Below, piece by piece: positions 53,312 to 64,000 of a stretch of DNA of 64,000 nucleotides; position 1 is the first letter of the stretch, and each line of letters begins with the position of its first letter. A model generated the notes under the pieces. It saw nothing but the letters and a program-made list of their open reading frames with translations. It was not told where the DNA came from and did not search any database. The translations under genes were made by a program, and so were the position numbers. The DNA comes from the human T2T-CHM13v2.0 reference genome, Homo sapiens: the NCBI RefSeq assembly GCF_009914755.1, contig NC_060925.1; one strand, written 5' to 3'.

Positions 53312-53750
53312 TGTATTAGGGTTCTCTACAAATACAGAACTAGTAGGATAGATATATAAAGCAGAGTTTATTAAGGAGTATTAACTCATATGATCACAAG
53401 GTTCCACAATAGGCCATCTGCAAGTTGTGGAGCAAGGAAGCCAGTCCCAGTCCCAAAGCTAAAGAACTTGAAATCCAATGTTTGAAGGTAAGAATCATTC
53501 AGCACAGGAGAAAGATGTAGGCTGGGAGGCTAAGCCAGTTTAGTCTTTTCACATTCTTTTCCCTGAGTTTTATTCTGGTGGCAGTGGCAGCTAATTAGAT
53601 TGTGCCCTCCCAGATTAATGGTGGGTCTGCTTTTACCAGCCCTCTGACTCAAATGTTAACCTCTTTGGCAACACCCTCACAGACACACCCAGGATCAATA
53701 CTTTGCATCCTTCAATCCAATCAAGTTGACACTCAGTATTAAGCATCACC
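53312..53750 (-). repeat. 5' LTR (MLT2A-type)
   Basis: TGTATTAGGGTTCTCTA...CAAGTTGACACTCAGTATTAAGCATCAC. Confidence 0.95.
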
Positions 53751-54871
53751 CTTGTGAAAAAGTTACTAACAAAATGGTCAAATACTAAGTTCCAAAGGCG
53801 AATAGGAGGACTCCCATTCTGCTAACAGTCTGTCAGGATGAGTATTGTTTTTATATATTTTATATCACCATGTGATTTTCTTTTATTCTCATGCTTTTTT
53901 CTGGAAGCATGCATTCCTTTATTGTTTATGCAATTTATGTTTGCATTATAATAAGAAGAATGAGACTCTGGGGAATAGGGTTAAAAAGAAAAGAAAAGTT
54001 GTTCCCAGGAGGATATTGAGGATATTGCCTTTTTCAATTTGATTGCTTTCCTTTGAGGCATAATAGGTATTACCTCAGGCTTTATTAAGAGATTATTATT
54101 TAGATATGTCAATTTAGCTCTGTTAATTTGACAATAAAAATACATTTTTGGACTTTTCCTCAATAGAATTAATACTGAACTAAATGAAGATTACTAAGAA
54201 TATTAAATACTTAAATTTGAATGATACTTTCACAATTGAATTCATGGTCTCTAAAGCAATAGCCTGGCATAAACCCTGCTTCTTAGAAGCTAGTTGCCTC
54301 ATGAGTTTGGTGCAGAACCATATTTGAATACAAAATTGTTTTTCACATATTTTTTAACATTATGATTAACAATTTGATTTCAATGAGTTCTTCTTAATGT
54401 AGATAAAAAGAACTCTAAATATCAAAATAAATAAAAATAGAAACTAATTACAACAAAAACCTAAATTTGCTCAGCAAAATCACTGGGCTCTCAGCATAGA
54501 AAATTTGGTTTTCTTAGACATGACAAAGGTGCTTTTTGTTTGTATCTTGTTTTCTTTTACCCTAATTTCTAATAAGATGCTTATTTTTACAGAGTTTTGA
54601 GTATATAAACACAATTAATTTAGCCTCATTCCTTAATACAAATGTGAGCATGTGGAAATGTTTAGGCTTATTTCTAGAAGAAACACTGAAGGTATATGGA
54701 ACTCTTAGTAAAATTAAAATGTGCATTCAAAGTTGATAAAAATGTTATGCTTATAAAGTTCATGTTCAGAGAAGACTAGTAACTTTTTATGTGATGTAAA
54801 CATTAACTAAAAGTAACATTGGGGCACCTTATATGTTACACAAAATACAGAGAAGATAAGGTCTTGGAAAT

Positions 54872-55197
54872 TGATATGGTTTGGCTCTGTGTCTCCACCC
54901 AAATCTCATCTCTAATTGTAATCCCCACATGTGGAGGGAGAGGCCTGGTGGGAGGCAATTGGTTTAAGGTGGCAGTTTCTTCCATGCTGTTCTAATGATA
55001 ATGAGTTCTCACGAAATCTGATGGTTTAAAAATGAGAGAGCCTTTCTTGTCTTGCTTCCCCTTCACCTTCTGCCATGATTGTAAGTCTTCTGAGGCCTCC
55101 TCAGTTATGCAGAACCGTGAGTCAAATAAACCTGCTTCCATTATAAATTATCCAGTCTCAGGTATTGTTTATAGCAGGGTAAAAGCATTTTAATACA
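54872..55197 (+). mobile_element. MSTA/THE1D-like solo LTR
   Basis: TGATATGGTTTGGCTCTGTG start and TAATACA end. Perfect 5-bp TSD GAAAT. Confidence 0.92.
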
Positions 55198-55290
55198 GAA
55201 ATTAAAAATGAAAACTTAAAAACTTGGAAGCAACTAAGAACTTGTATGTGTAGCTTCTTTAAAAAACACTATGAAGTTTATGTTAATAGC

Positions 55291-55708
<418 letters not shown>

Positions 55709-56369
55709 TGATTTTATCAACATTAAAATTCACTTCTTTTTGCTTTTTAACTTTGGTTCCCTCATTACATTGCTACTCTAAAGCAGGGAAAATACTGTGC
55801 CTTCAGCACATATAGCACTGACTATATGTTGATTGAATAGAGAAGTAGATTAACCAATTGCCTAAATTTCTAATGAGGCCTTAAATCCTCATTTGAACAT
55901 GAGTAATCAGCATCAAAATATAATATAATTATTGGAGTACATATTATTCATTAAGCATTGTGATATGTAATATCTGTTAATCTTCAAAAATACATTGAAA
56001 TAATTATTGTTATCTGCAGTTTGTTGGCACAGAGGGTTAAGTGTCTTGCCACTTGACACATCTAGTATATATTCTAAGCAACATGATTTAGAGTGCATGC
56101 TCTTACCACCGTACCGTTGACTCTTTCTCTTTCTACTAAACTTTCTGGGAGGGTTTAAAACTTTTTTGATAGTGGAAGGTCAACACGGGAGTAATTTATG
56201 ATTTTTGTGATCCAAAGCCTATTTATGTGGCTACTGTGAAAATTGTTTCTGCCATTTGATAATAAAATATTTCTTCTGGGTGGAAATGTTAGCAGGTAGA
56301 ACAGGTAACGCAAGTTGATATGCAACTACTTGAGTTAGCGTACTTTACAAATTATAATAGCATTAATTA

Positions 56370-56439
56370 TGACACATCTCAATTTCAGAGGTGTTAAAAA
56401 TGCAGAAAAATGTACATTTATAGTTGACTAAATGCAGTA
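56370..56439 (-). mobile_element. MER104-like (Tc2) terminal fragment
   Basis: Minus strand CTGCATTTAGTCAACTATAAATGTACATTTTTCTGCATTTTTAACACCTCTGAAAT resembles the MER104 start as I recall it. Confidence 0.45.
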
Positions 56440-57357
56440 TTATCTATATTCATTTTGACTGGTTTAAGTAAAAAGACCTTTAGGTTTTGTATCTAAATGC
56501 CTTATAAGACACATTTATACATTATTTTTTATATTCATCCTTGTCTAAGATTTATTTATTTATGTATGTGTCAAGATAATTAAGTAGTTATTCAAACTTC
56601 TTTCCATTTTCTCTATAAAATGCTTCTTATCAGGGCACTGCATTACTACTCAAGATTAGAAATTATGGTAGCTAAGAATGTGGTGGTGGTGAAGATACAG
56701 AGGGTGGAAAGAGTTTGAAATGCATTTATGAAGTGGGATTGATAGAAGCTGAGTGTGGATAAAATATGGGTTTTATTATTTGAGTGTTGAAGGTGATTGC
56801 GTCTTTACATGTTATCCTAATGGAGAGCAAAGTACCAGTAGTCATTTGTTTCCATATATTTTATATGGAAGCACACAACTGCTATTTATATTCATTTGTT
56901 TCTCTTCACTTGCCTTATCCTAATTAAGTCATAGACATTGACTTTTGCAAGAGTCTCTTTGCTTATGTTTTGCTTTATTTGCCTTTTCTCATGTAAGTGT
57001 GTCTAATAATGAAAAGTAAGACGTTAATTTAATCCCCTAGTACTGTTCTCCCTCTACTAGTTTAGACGAATGGTATTTCTTCATTTTAAAATTGTGTAAA
57101 AAATTCTGATAACCATATATTGAATACTTTTCATTATGTTCTTAAAATAATATTTTTGACTGATACAAAATAGAAGAAAAATCAGATTTCTTATTATTAA
57201 TAGCTATTATCTACATGTTTTTAGGGAATAAAAATAAATTGCAGAAGGAATTTAGAACCACATTGTATAAATGAAGGAATGTTTGGCTTTTTTAAAAGTA
57301 AGGAAGCCATTAGAAAGAAGCTCCAAGTAATTTAAAACAAAAACAAAAACAATAATA

Positions 57358-57471
57358 AAGACGAGGTCTCACCACCTTTCTCAGGCTGGTTTCGAATCCA
57401 GGCTCAAGCAATCCGCCCTCCTCAGCCTCCCAAAGTGCTGGAATTTCAGGCATGAGTCACCGGGCCAGGCC
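57358..57471 (-). mobile_element. FLAM_C / free left Alu monomer
   Basis: GACGAGGTCTCAC...GGCTCAAGCAATCCG...CCCAAAGTGCTGG...CCAGGCC. Confidence 0.85.
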
Positions 57472-59039
57472 AGTGAGTAATGTTTTATTTTATGATACTT
57501 AATAAATGATACTTATTCTTCAAGAGGAAAACAAATATTAAAAATGATATTATGTGAGAATTTATTAGGTAACTGTTTGGTTTCTCTGCCTGTTTTAAGC
57601 ATTGTATTTTCCTTACTATTGATTGTTTCAAAAAATTATTTGTATCACATTTCACATTTTACGTTTTAGAGAAAAATATCAATAATTATATGTAAAAGTA
57701 CATCTTTTTACACAATGAACAATTCTTACACTTATAACCAAAAGTTTTCAGTTTTCAGTATTTCACAAATATTTATTCATTAAACTGAGCTATCTACTTT
57801 GTTTGTCTCCTAGAGACACTGTCTTCTTTGAACAAAGAAAAATATCCCAAAGCTATGAATCACCTTTCCATAATTACACTAATGACGTTGAATTTCCTAA
57901 TGCCTTCAATTATAAAATCAGTTCCTGACTACGAGCTGCCTTCAAATGAGAAACCAGTTTTCATAGCTACAAGGCAATTCACACAACAATAATAAATATT
58001 ATAGGAGCTGGTCAAAATTTAAATTCAGCATGAAACTTTATAATTTTATATATTTCCCACTGCTCTCTAGGAAATCTCTGTTCACTTGCAATATTGAAAA
58101 AGCAGAAAAAGAAAAGTTAGGAATTCTGTTCACCAGAACAAATTAAAAAAATATATTTTTTTTCTTTTCCCGTTTAGTTTGACAAATGTTAATTTTGTGT
58201 TTATGCTTAAGCATTGTTTCAAGCCATGCTATTAATTTTCAATTATACAAGTTAAATTCAGGTCATATTGCCATAGTCAGAAACACAGTGTTAGTAATCA
58301 GTGTCCTGCTAAGTAACCAGGTACTTATACATAATATTGCTCTTTAGTCAGGAAGTTCACAAGATAGTTCATCGAAGGCACGCAGGAGCAAGATTTCAAC
58401 ATGCATTCTTTTTACAGCTTTTACTGGACACCTTATTCAAGCACTGAGCTAGATTCAGAGAATACAAATTGATTAACATCTTGTCTTTCCCTGCAGGCAT
58501 TTATAATTTATCGAGTACTTTTAACTCCTCTAAGTCCAGGTAAACAAGCAGGCTCCAGAGCTCTGGAAAAAATCGGAGCTAGTGAAGCAGCACTGATGAG
58601 AAATAATTGTGACTTCTTATCCCAGAGCAAAAGTATTTTGGTTTCTGCATCTGCTTTCTTATCTGTTGCTGTGGGCATCCTACGAATCACAGAAATTCAT
58701 TGAAATGGAGGAGGTGAGAAGTCCATAGTGAATCCTGAGGCTCACTGAAATAGGAACAGAGATGTTGAAGGTACCTCTTGAATACAGTTGTAGTTCTACA
58801 AGATGATATTTGAGTATCTGTAAAAAATGAAAAAGAAAATAAATGTATAATAATTTTAATCAAATTCATATCATCACACAATAACAACATTATAGTTTTT
58901 CACATTAGTGCTACACACAAGTGTATGGCTATTTGATAACAAACATGAAGAAAGTACAAGAGAGTAAAAATGTCAGCTTTTTAATTTCTTTCTTTTTTAA
59001 CTGTTTTGCACAAGGTGAAACTTTATTTTGCAAAGTAGG

Positions 59040-59215
59040 GAAATGGATGCAATAGGTACTTGGACTTGGAATTAGAAGACCTGAGTTAAAATTCTGCATC
59101 TAGGCTTTGCTGAATGTTGAAATTTTGGCAAGAAATTTTGAGCTTTAGTGTCTTCATTCATAATATATGAAAAATGATACATAACTAATTGAAAGTGTTA
59201 TATGAATTTAGAGAA
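59040..59215 (+). mobile_element. MIR remnant
   Basis: GGACTTGGAATTAGAAGACCTGAGTT...TTGGCAAG...GAGCTTTAGTGTCTTCAT. Confidence 0.65.
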
Positions 59216-59348
59216 ATAATGGGTGCTAGGAAATTGCAATCGGCCGATGCCTACAATTGAAAATGGAAGCGCTGCACCTAGGGAGATAGGACAGGTACTG
59301 AGAAGGGAACAGCGTTTCAGACAGAATCTAAACCATGCTACATCTAAT

Positions 59349-59830
59349 ATAATAGTTTTATCTTGCTATTGTAACAAATTAACGTAAACTTCATGGTTAA
59401 AACAATACAAGCCTATTATCTTATATTTCTGGAGATCATAAATCTGAAAATGGGTCTCATTGACCTAAAACAAAGATGTATTCCTTTCTGGAAGTTCTAG
59501 GAAAGGAACTTATTTTTCCCCCCCTTTTTGGCTTTCAAAGATGCCAAATTCTGTTGTTCATGCCACCATTTCTTCATTTTCAAAGCCAGCAAAATTGGCT
59601 GAGTCCTCACACTGTCATCTCTCTGGTTCTCTCTTCTGCCACTCTCTTCTACTCATAATAGCCTTGTGATATTAAGCTCATCAGATAACCCAGGATGATC
59701 TCCTTCTGCTTAGGTCAATTTACTACCAATGTTAATTTCATCGGCAAAATCATCATTTGTCATGTAAAATGAGAGGTTGCAGAGATTAGGATGTGGGTAT
59801 CATTTGGGAGCCATTATTCTGCCTACCACA
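59349..59830 (-). mobile_element. MLT1D-like solo LTR
   Basis: Ends GCCATTATTCTGCCTACCACA, the reverse complement of the MLT1D start TGTGGTAGGCAGAATAATGGC. The other end reads GCTATTGTAACAAATTA. Confidence 0.85.
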
Positions 59831-60229
59831 CCACTTGTGGAGTCAGTGATTGACTCTGTAATGTCCTTGGGAACAAGCTGAGAAGGAGCTCTAAAATTCC
59901 TTGTGAACTTCGACTTAGATCCAGGTACTACGAGGCAGAAAATTACATAGTTACACATAATAAACAATGCATAATTTAAAATGAAATTATAACCAAGCAA
60001 ATATATCTAAACTCCAAAACAAATTTATTTCTAAGACAATCGACAAAATTAATTATTAGTACATTAAATCATATTAATTTTAAATAGCACTCAGATAAAG
60101 ATTTAAAATAAAGTATATTTAGGATGTTCAGATAGGGGCATGGGATATAATAAATATTCACTAAAATAGACATTATATTAACAAAAAATTGCAACAGGCA
60201 GAGCTGTAAGAAGAATAAGTCAGTACAAA

Positions 60230-60565
60230 AATAATCTAAGAAATTTTGAAAATAAAAATGGCAGAAATTGACATTTAAAAAGAAAAAATAAAAGCACTCA
60301 AGAGACCAAATAATTTTAAAGTCTAGACGTTGTTAAAGAAAGGAGTATTGACTAGGAAGGCAATACTGATAAATTCTCCCAGAATATAACACAGAGAGAA
60401 AAATAAATAAAATATATGAAAATCATCACTAATTAATACACATAGAATGGTACTGAAAATAAAGCTGATAATGTGATACTTAAGAAGAAACCTGAAAGAA
60501 GCAATAGAGGCGAAGACAACAATCACAGATACCTTGATACAACAGAACATCAAATACACACAGAG
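60230..60565 (+). mobile_element. Very old L1/HAL1 ORF1-like remnant
   Basis: A-rich CTAGACGTTGTTAAAGAAAGGAGTATTGACTAGGAAG...CCAGAATATAACACAGAGAG pattern. Confidence 0.45.
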
Positions 60566-61239
60566 TGAGATAATCATATGGCTGAGCAGAGAGACCAAGG
60601 GGGAGAACAGTTGGCAGACATTACTAGAGAGATAAGAAGGCCAAGATTATGTAGATTTCAGTACACATTATAAGGACATTGGGTTATCAATAGAGAAAGA
60701 ACTTAATTGTGCAATGTGTTTGAAGTTTTCACTGAGAAGTTATAGTTTTTTTTTACATTTCATTGTTCAAATCAAGACATATATCCAAAAATTAATTCCA
60801 AGTATAGAGTTCATTTTTATCATTTACAGATAGGAGAATGAAAATTGTTAAAGAATAGCATTCATTATTACCACAATTACCAAGCAATAAATTTAATATG
60901 ACTGGTCTATACATTTTAATATCAGAAGTCAGTCAATATGTACATGAGTTACCTGAGTTACATGAGGAAATTAGAAGAAAAACAAACATAAATGAGTAAA
61001 TACAAACATATACATAAGTAAGCAGATTAATTATGAATATATTAAAATAAGATATATGAAATAAATGTTGACATTATTTTGGAAAATTTTGCTACAAAAA
61101 GTGGTTTGTTTTCTTAGTTTTTCTTTATTATGTTTCTGCAATAAGACTGCAGTGACTTTTTTAATAGCGCCCATCTCAAAAGTATTTTCTTTCATAGCTT
61201 ATGTGTTTGATTTAGATTAAAAATAAAGATAACCAAACA

Positions 61240-62221
61240 CAAGGTTACATGGAGTTTCCCCTATATTTTCTTCTAGGAGTTTTATAGTTTTTCATTTTAC
61301 ACTTAAGTCTCATTCATTTTGACAATCATGTTACATACACATGAAGACTGTTGTATTTCTTCCTTGTCAGCCTGTATATTTTTCACTTCTTTTAGCTTTT
61401 CTATTTCACTAGCTAAAACATTTATTGCAATTTTAAATAAGGAGGAGTGTCAGAAAGAACATCCTTGCCTTTTTTGCAAACTTAGAGTGAAAGTATTTAA
61501 CTCATCATTAGGTATGATATTAACTGTAGCATTTTATATTTTCCTTTATTGGGTTAAAGGAGTTCCCAATATATTCCTAGTTTATTGGGAGTTTTTATCA
61601 TTAATGCATCTTAAATTTTGCCCAGTACTTTTTCTCCATCTATTGATATGGCATATCATTTATTTTAGTTTAATGTGATTAATCTTATATTTATCAATTT
61701 TTGAATATGTAGTATTGCATTTCTGAAATGACTCCACTTGGCATACTATTTAATCCTTTTGATGTACTGCAAGATTCTGTTTATTAATACTGGATTAAGG
61801 AACTTTATATTCATGAGAAATATTGATTTTTAGTTTCTTTTCTTGTAATGTACTTATCTGGTTTTGGTATTTGGGTAATGTCAGCTTATAAAAAGGTTTA
61901 GGAATTGTTCCCTCTGTATTTTCTGAAAGATATTATAAAAATTGCTATTAGTTTTTCTTCAATGTTTTAGAAAATTCACCAATATTTAAGCATTATGTTT
62001 TTTGGGGGGAAGATTGTTTGTTCTTAATTTCTTTAATATATATAAAGCTATTCAGATTATCTCTTTTTTTCTTGAGTAAGGTTTGGTACTTTTTATCATT
62101 GAACCAGTGATTTTTATCTATGTTATCAAACGTTCAGGCATAGAATTATTTATAGTATTACCATACAACCCTTGTAATTTCTATGGATCAGAAGTCCCCG
62201 CCTCTTTTTCTGATATGGGTA

Positions 62222-62268
<47 letters not shown>

Positions 62269-62500
62269 TCGTTCTTATTATTATTTTAGTTTATCAATTT
62301 AATTTAACTTATCAAAGTATTAGCTTTTGTTTTGTTGATTTTCTCTATTGTTTTGCTGTTACAATATCATCACTTCCTCCTTTTTAAAAACATGTTCTTT
62401 CTTCTACATGGTTTGGGATATATTTGCTACTCTTTCTGTAGTTTTCTCAGGTGGAGGCTTAGGTAGTTGATTTTAGGTCTTTCTTTTTCTACAGATTTTG
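61240..62500 (-). mobile_element. Old L1M ORF2 remnant
   Basis: TTTTCTTCTAGGAGTTTTATAG, GAACATCCTTGCCTT and TCTGGTTTTGGTATTTGGGTAATG antisense ORF2 motifs. Confidence 0.8.
62224..62266. repeat. (TG)21 microsatellite
   Basis: Direct reading. Confidence 0.97.
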
Positions 62501-64000
62501 ACTGTGAATTTCAGGATTCACTTGTCTCTCCAGAGTTTGTAGTGAGGTTTGCACTGCAACATCAGTTCTGTAATGGATTCAGGAAAACTCACTAATTTCC
62601 AATGATATTCAAGTTATGTGAGGATATTCAAGTTCTGTGTATATCACAGGTGAAAGCAGAGGTCTCTTCTTTTAAAAAAAATGAAGTCAAACTTATGTCC
62701 AAACTGATAATAGCACCTTCAAAATGTCTAACCAAGTACAGTAGTAGAGAGCATATGGGAAGCTGATACTGAAGGCAAATTATATTCAATATTTTGAAGT
62801 AAAAACGTAATGTCTTCAGAAAATTAGAAAGGGACATCTATATTACTGGATGGTAAATACTGGAGTAAAAGAATGAAGGATATTTGAGTATGAAGCCTAT
62901 TCTTAATGTTCATGTCAAAGGCATTCATTTATTATCTGTTCATAACCAAAGGCTTCTAACATGAAAGAAATGAATTAGCTACCTGTAAGACAACTGTTAT
63001 CTGTTGAAAGACTGCAGAAAGGATAGCAATCTATTCCCCATGCTAGCTGTCATGCCACTTTAATACCATAATATTAAATATTTTTTATTATTTTTATAAA
63101 TCAAATAATTAGGTATCAAAGTTCTGCTGTCTAGAATCTTCAGATAACTTTATTTCAGATTTTATAAATTACTTAAGTGAACTTCCTTTAACAACTACTA
63201 TTGCTTCCTAATACAGAGTTCACTGACTTCCATTTCACCACTTCTTGAAACATGTCAGCATTTTAAATATTTATTTGCATATAATATTTTGATGAATTCA
63301 AGGTATAAAAGCATATATTGCTATTTTCTGGACATTTATTACTTTCAGATCATTTCTTGTGGCTTTCTCTGCTTTAATTTTAAAATTTACATCACAATTA
63401 TTTACCAAGAAGTGTTTATAAAATACTTGCTTATACTTAATGTATTTCAGGTAATTAATACTGGGTACTAGAAAGACAAATTAAATGTGGCCTCAACTTT
63501 TATCTTTGTATGTATCCATCTTGTTATATGATCTATCAAGCTTCTTACTACCATAAATATATCCCATGGTTGTGATCTTATAATTAACAGTTATTAATAA
63601 TATAAGGACTGTAAAATAAGAAAAAACAAGCCTGCTAGTATTTAATGTAATAAGTAGTCTAAAAGTATGGGCCTGAGCTCTTCTTTCTCGATTAAATTCT
63701 GTGGCGCTTTAGAGTGTAACTATAAGGGTAATTGTTCTTGGTTAACTATTCTCTATTTTATTTATCCAAATGCAGTTTTTCTTAGTCGTTTGCTCTTGAT
63801 TCCTTTTTGGTCTAGTCAGGAGACCAGAAGTTTGACTTTTAAAAAGCGGAATAATACTACCATTTTACAGAATGTGATCGCATTTGTGCAGGTTATTGGT
63901 TGGCACGTTTAGAGGAAGTGATTCATTTTGAGCAATCCCAAGACTGACAATTACTACATTTTTAGTAAAACATGTATTTAATTAAATTACAATGTATGTT

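Larger units (their letters stand above)
47366..53750 (-). mobile_element. HERV-L (ERVL) provirus with two LTRs, coding-defective
   Basis: Two same-orientation MLT2A LTRs enclose PBS, gag, pro/RT/RNaseH/IN, dUTPase and PPT. No env. Confidence 0.96.

Noticed and set aside
47361-53755. TSD of the HERV-L provirus
   Set aside because: The flanks TGTGT and CTTGT match at only 3 of 5 positions, so no TSD is claimed.
63860-63900. Possible 21-nt microexon AATGTGATCGCATTTGTGCAG
   Set aside because: Weak donor (GTTATT) and a short pyrimidine tract; unsupported.

Overview
AT-rich, CpG-poor primate (human-like) nuclear DNA from an intergenic or deep-intronic region. I find no recognisable host protein-coding exon, CpG island or intact RNA gene. 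The ORFs I can assign come from Alu, L1 or ERV-L, or from low-complexity sequence. Roughly two-thirds of the window is fossil mobile DNA: a near full-length old L1 (L1MA-type, minus, ~6290-14033), a complete but frameshifted HERV-L/MLT2A provirus (minus, 47366-53750, with PBS-Leu, gag, pro-pol, dUTPase and PPT), about ten Alu/FLAM elements, MaLR solo LTRs (THE1, MST, MLT1), DNA transposons (Tigger3b, MER2, MER104), and many L1, L2 and MIR remnants. I see no evidence for a new multi-gene system. The notable signals are small records of retroposition and repair: a young tailless tRNA-Met 5'-fragment retrocopy with probable pre-tRNA leader and TSD (21423-21487); a twin-primed mini-L1 nested in an Alu; a 250-bp inverted self-copy inside an L1 5'UTR; a ~21-nt L1 insertion; an Alu with four internal deletions; a perfect DUX4 motif in only one HERV-L LTR; and several local tandem duplications. 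Subfamily names come from remembered consensus sequences, not from a database search.
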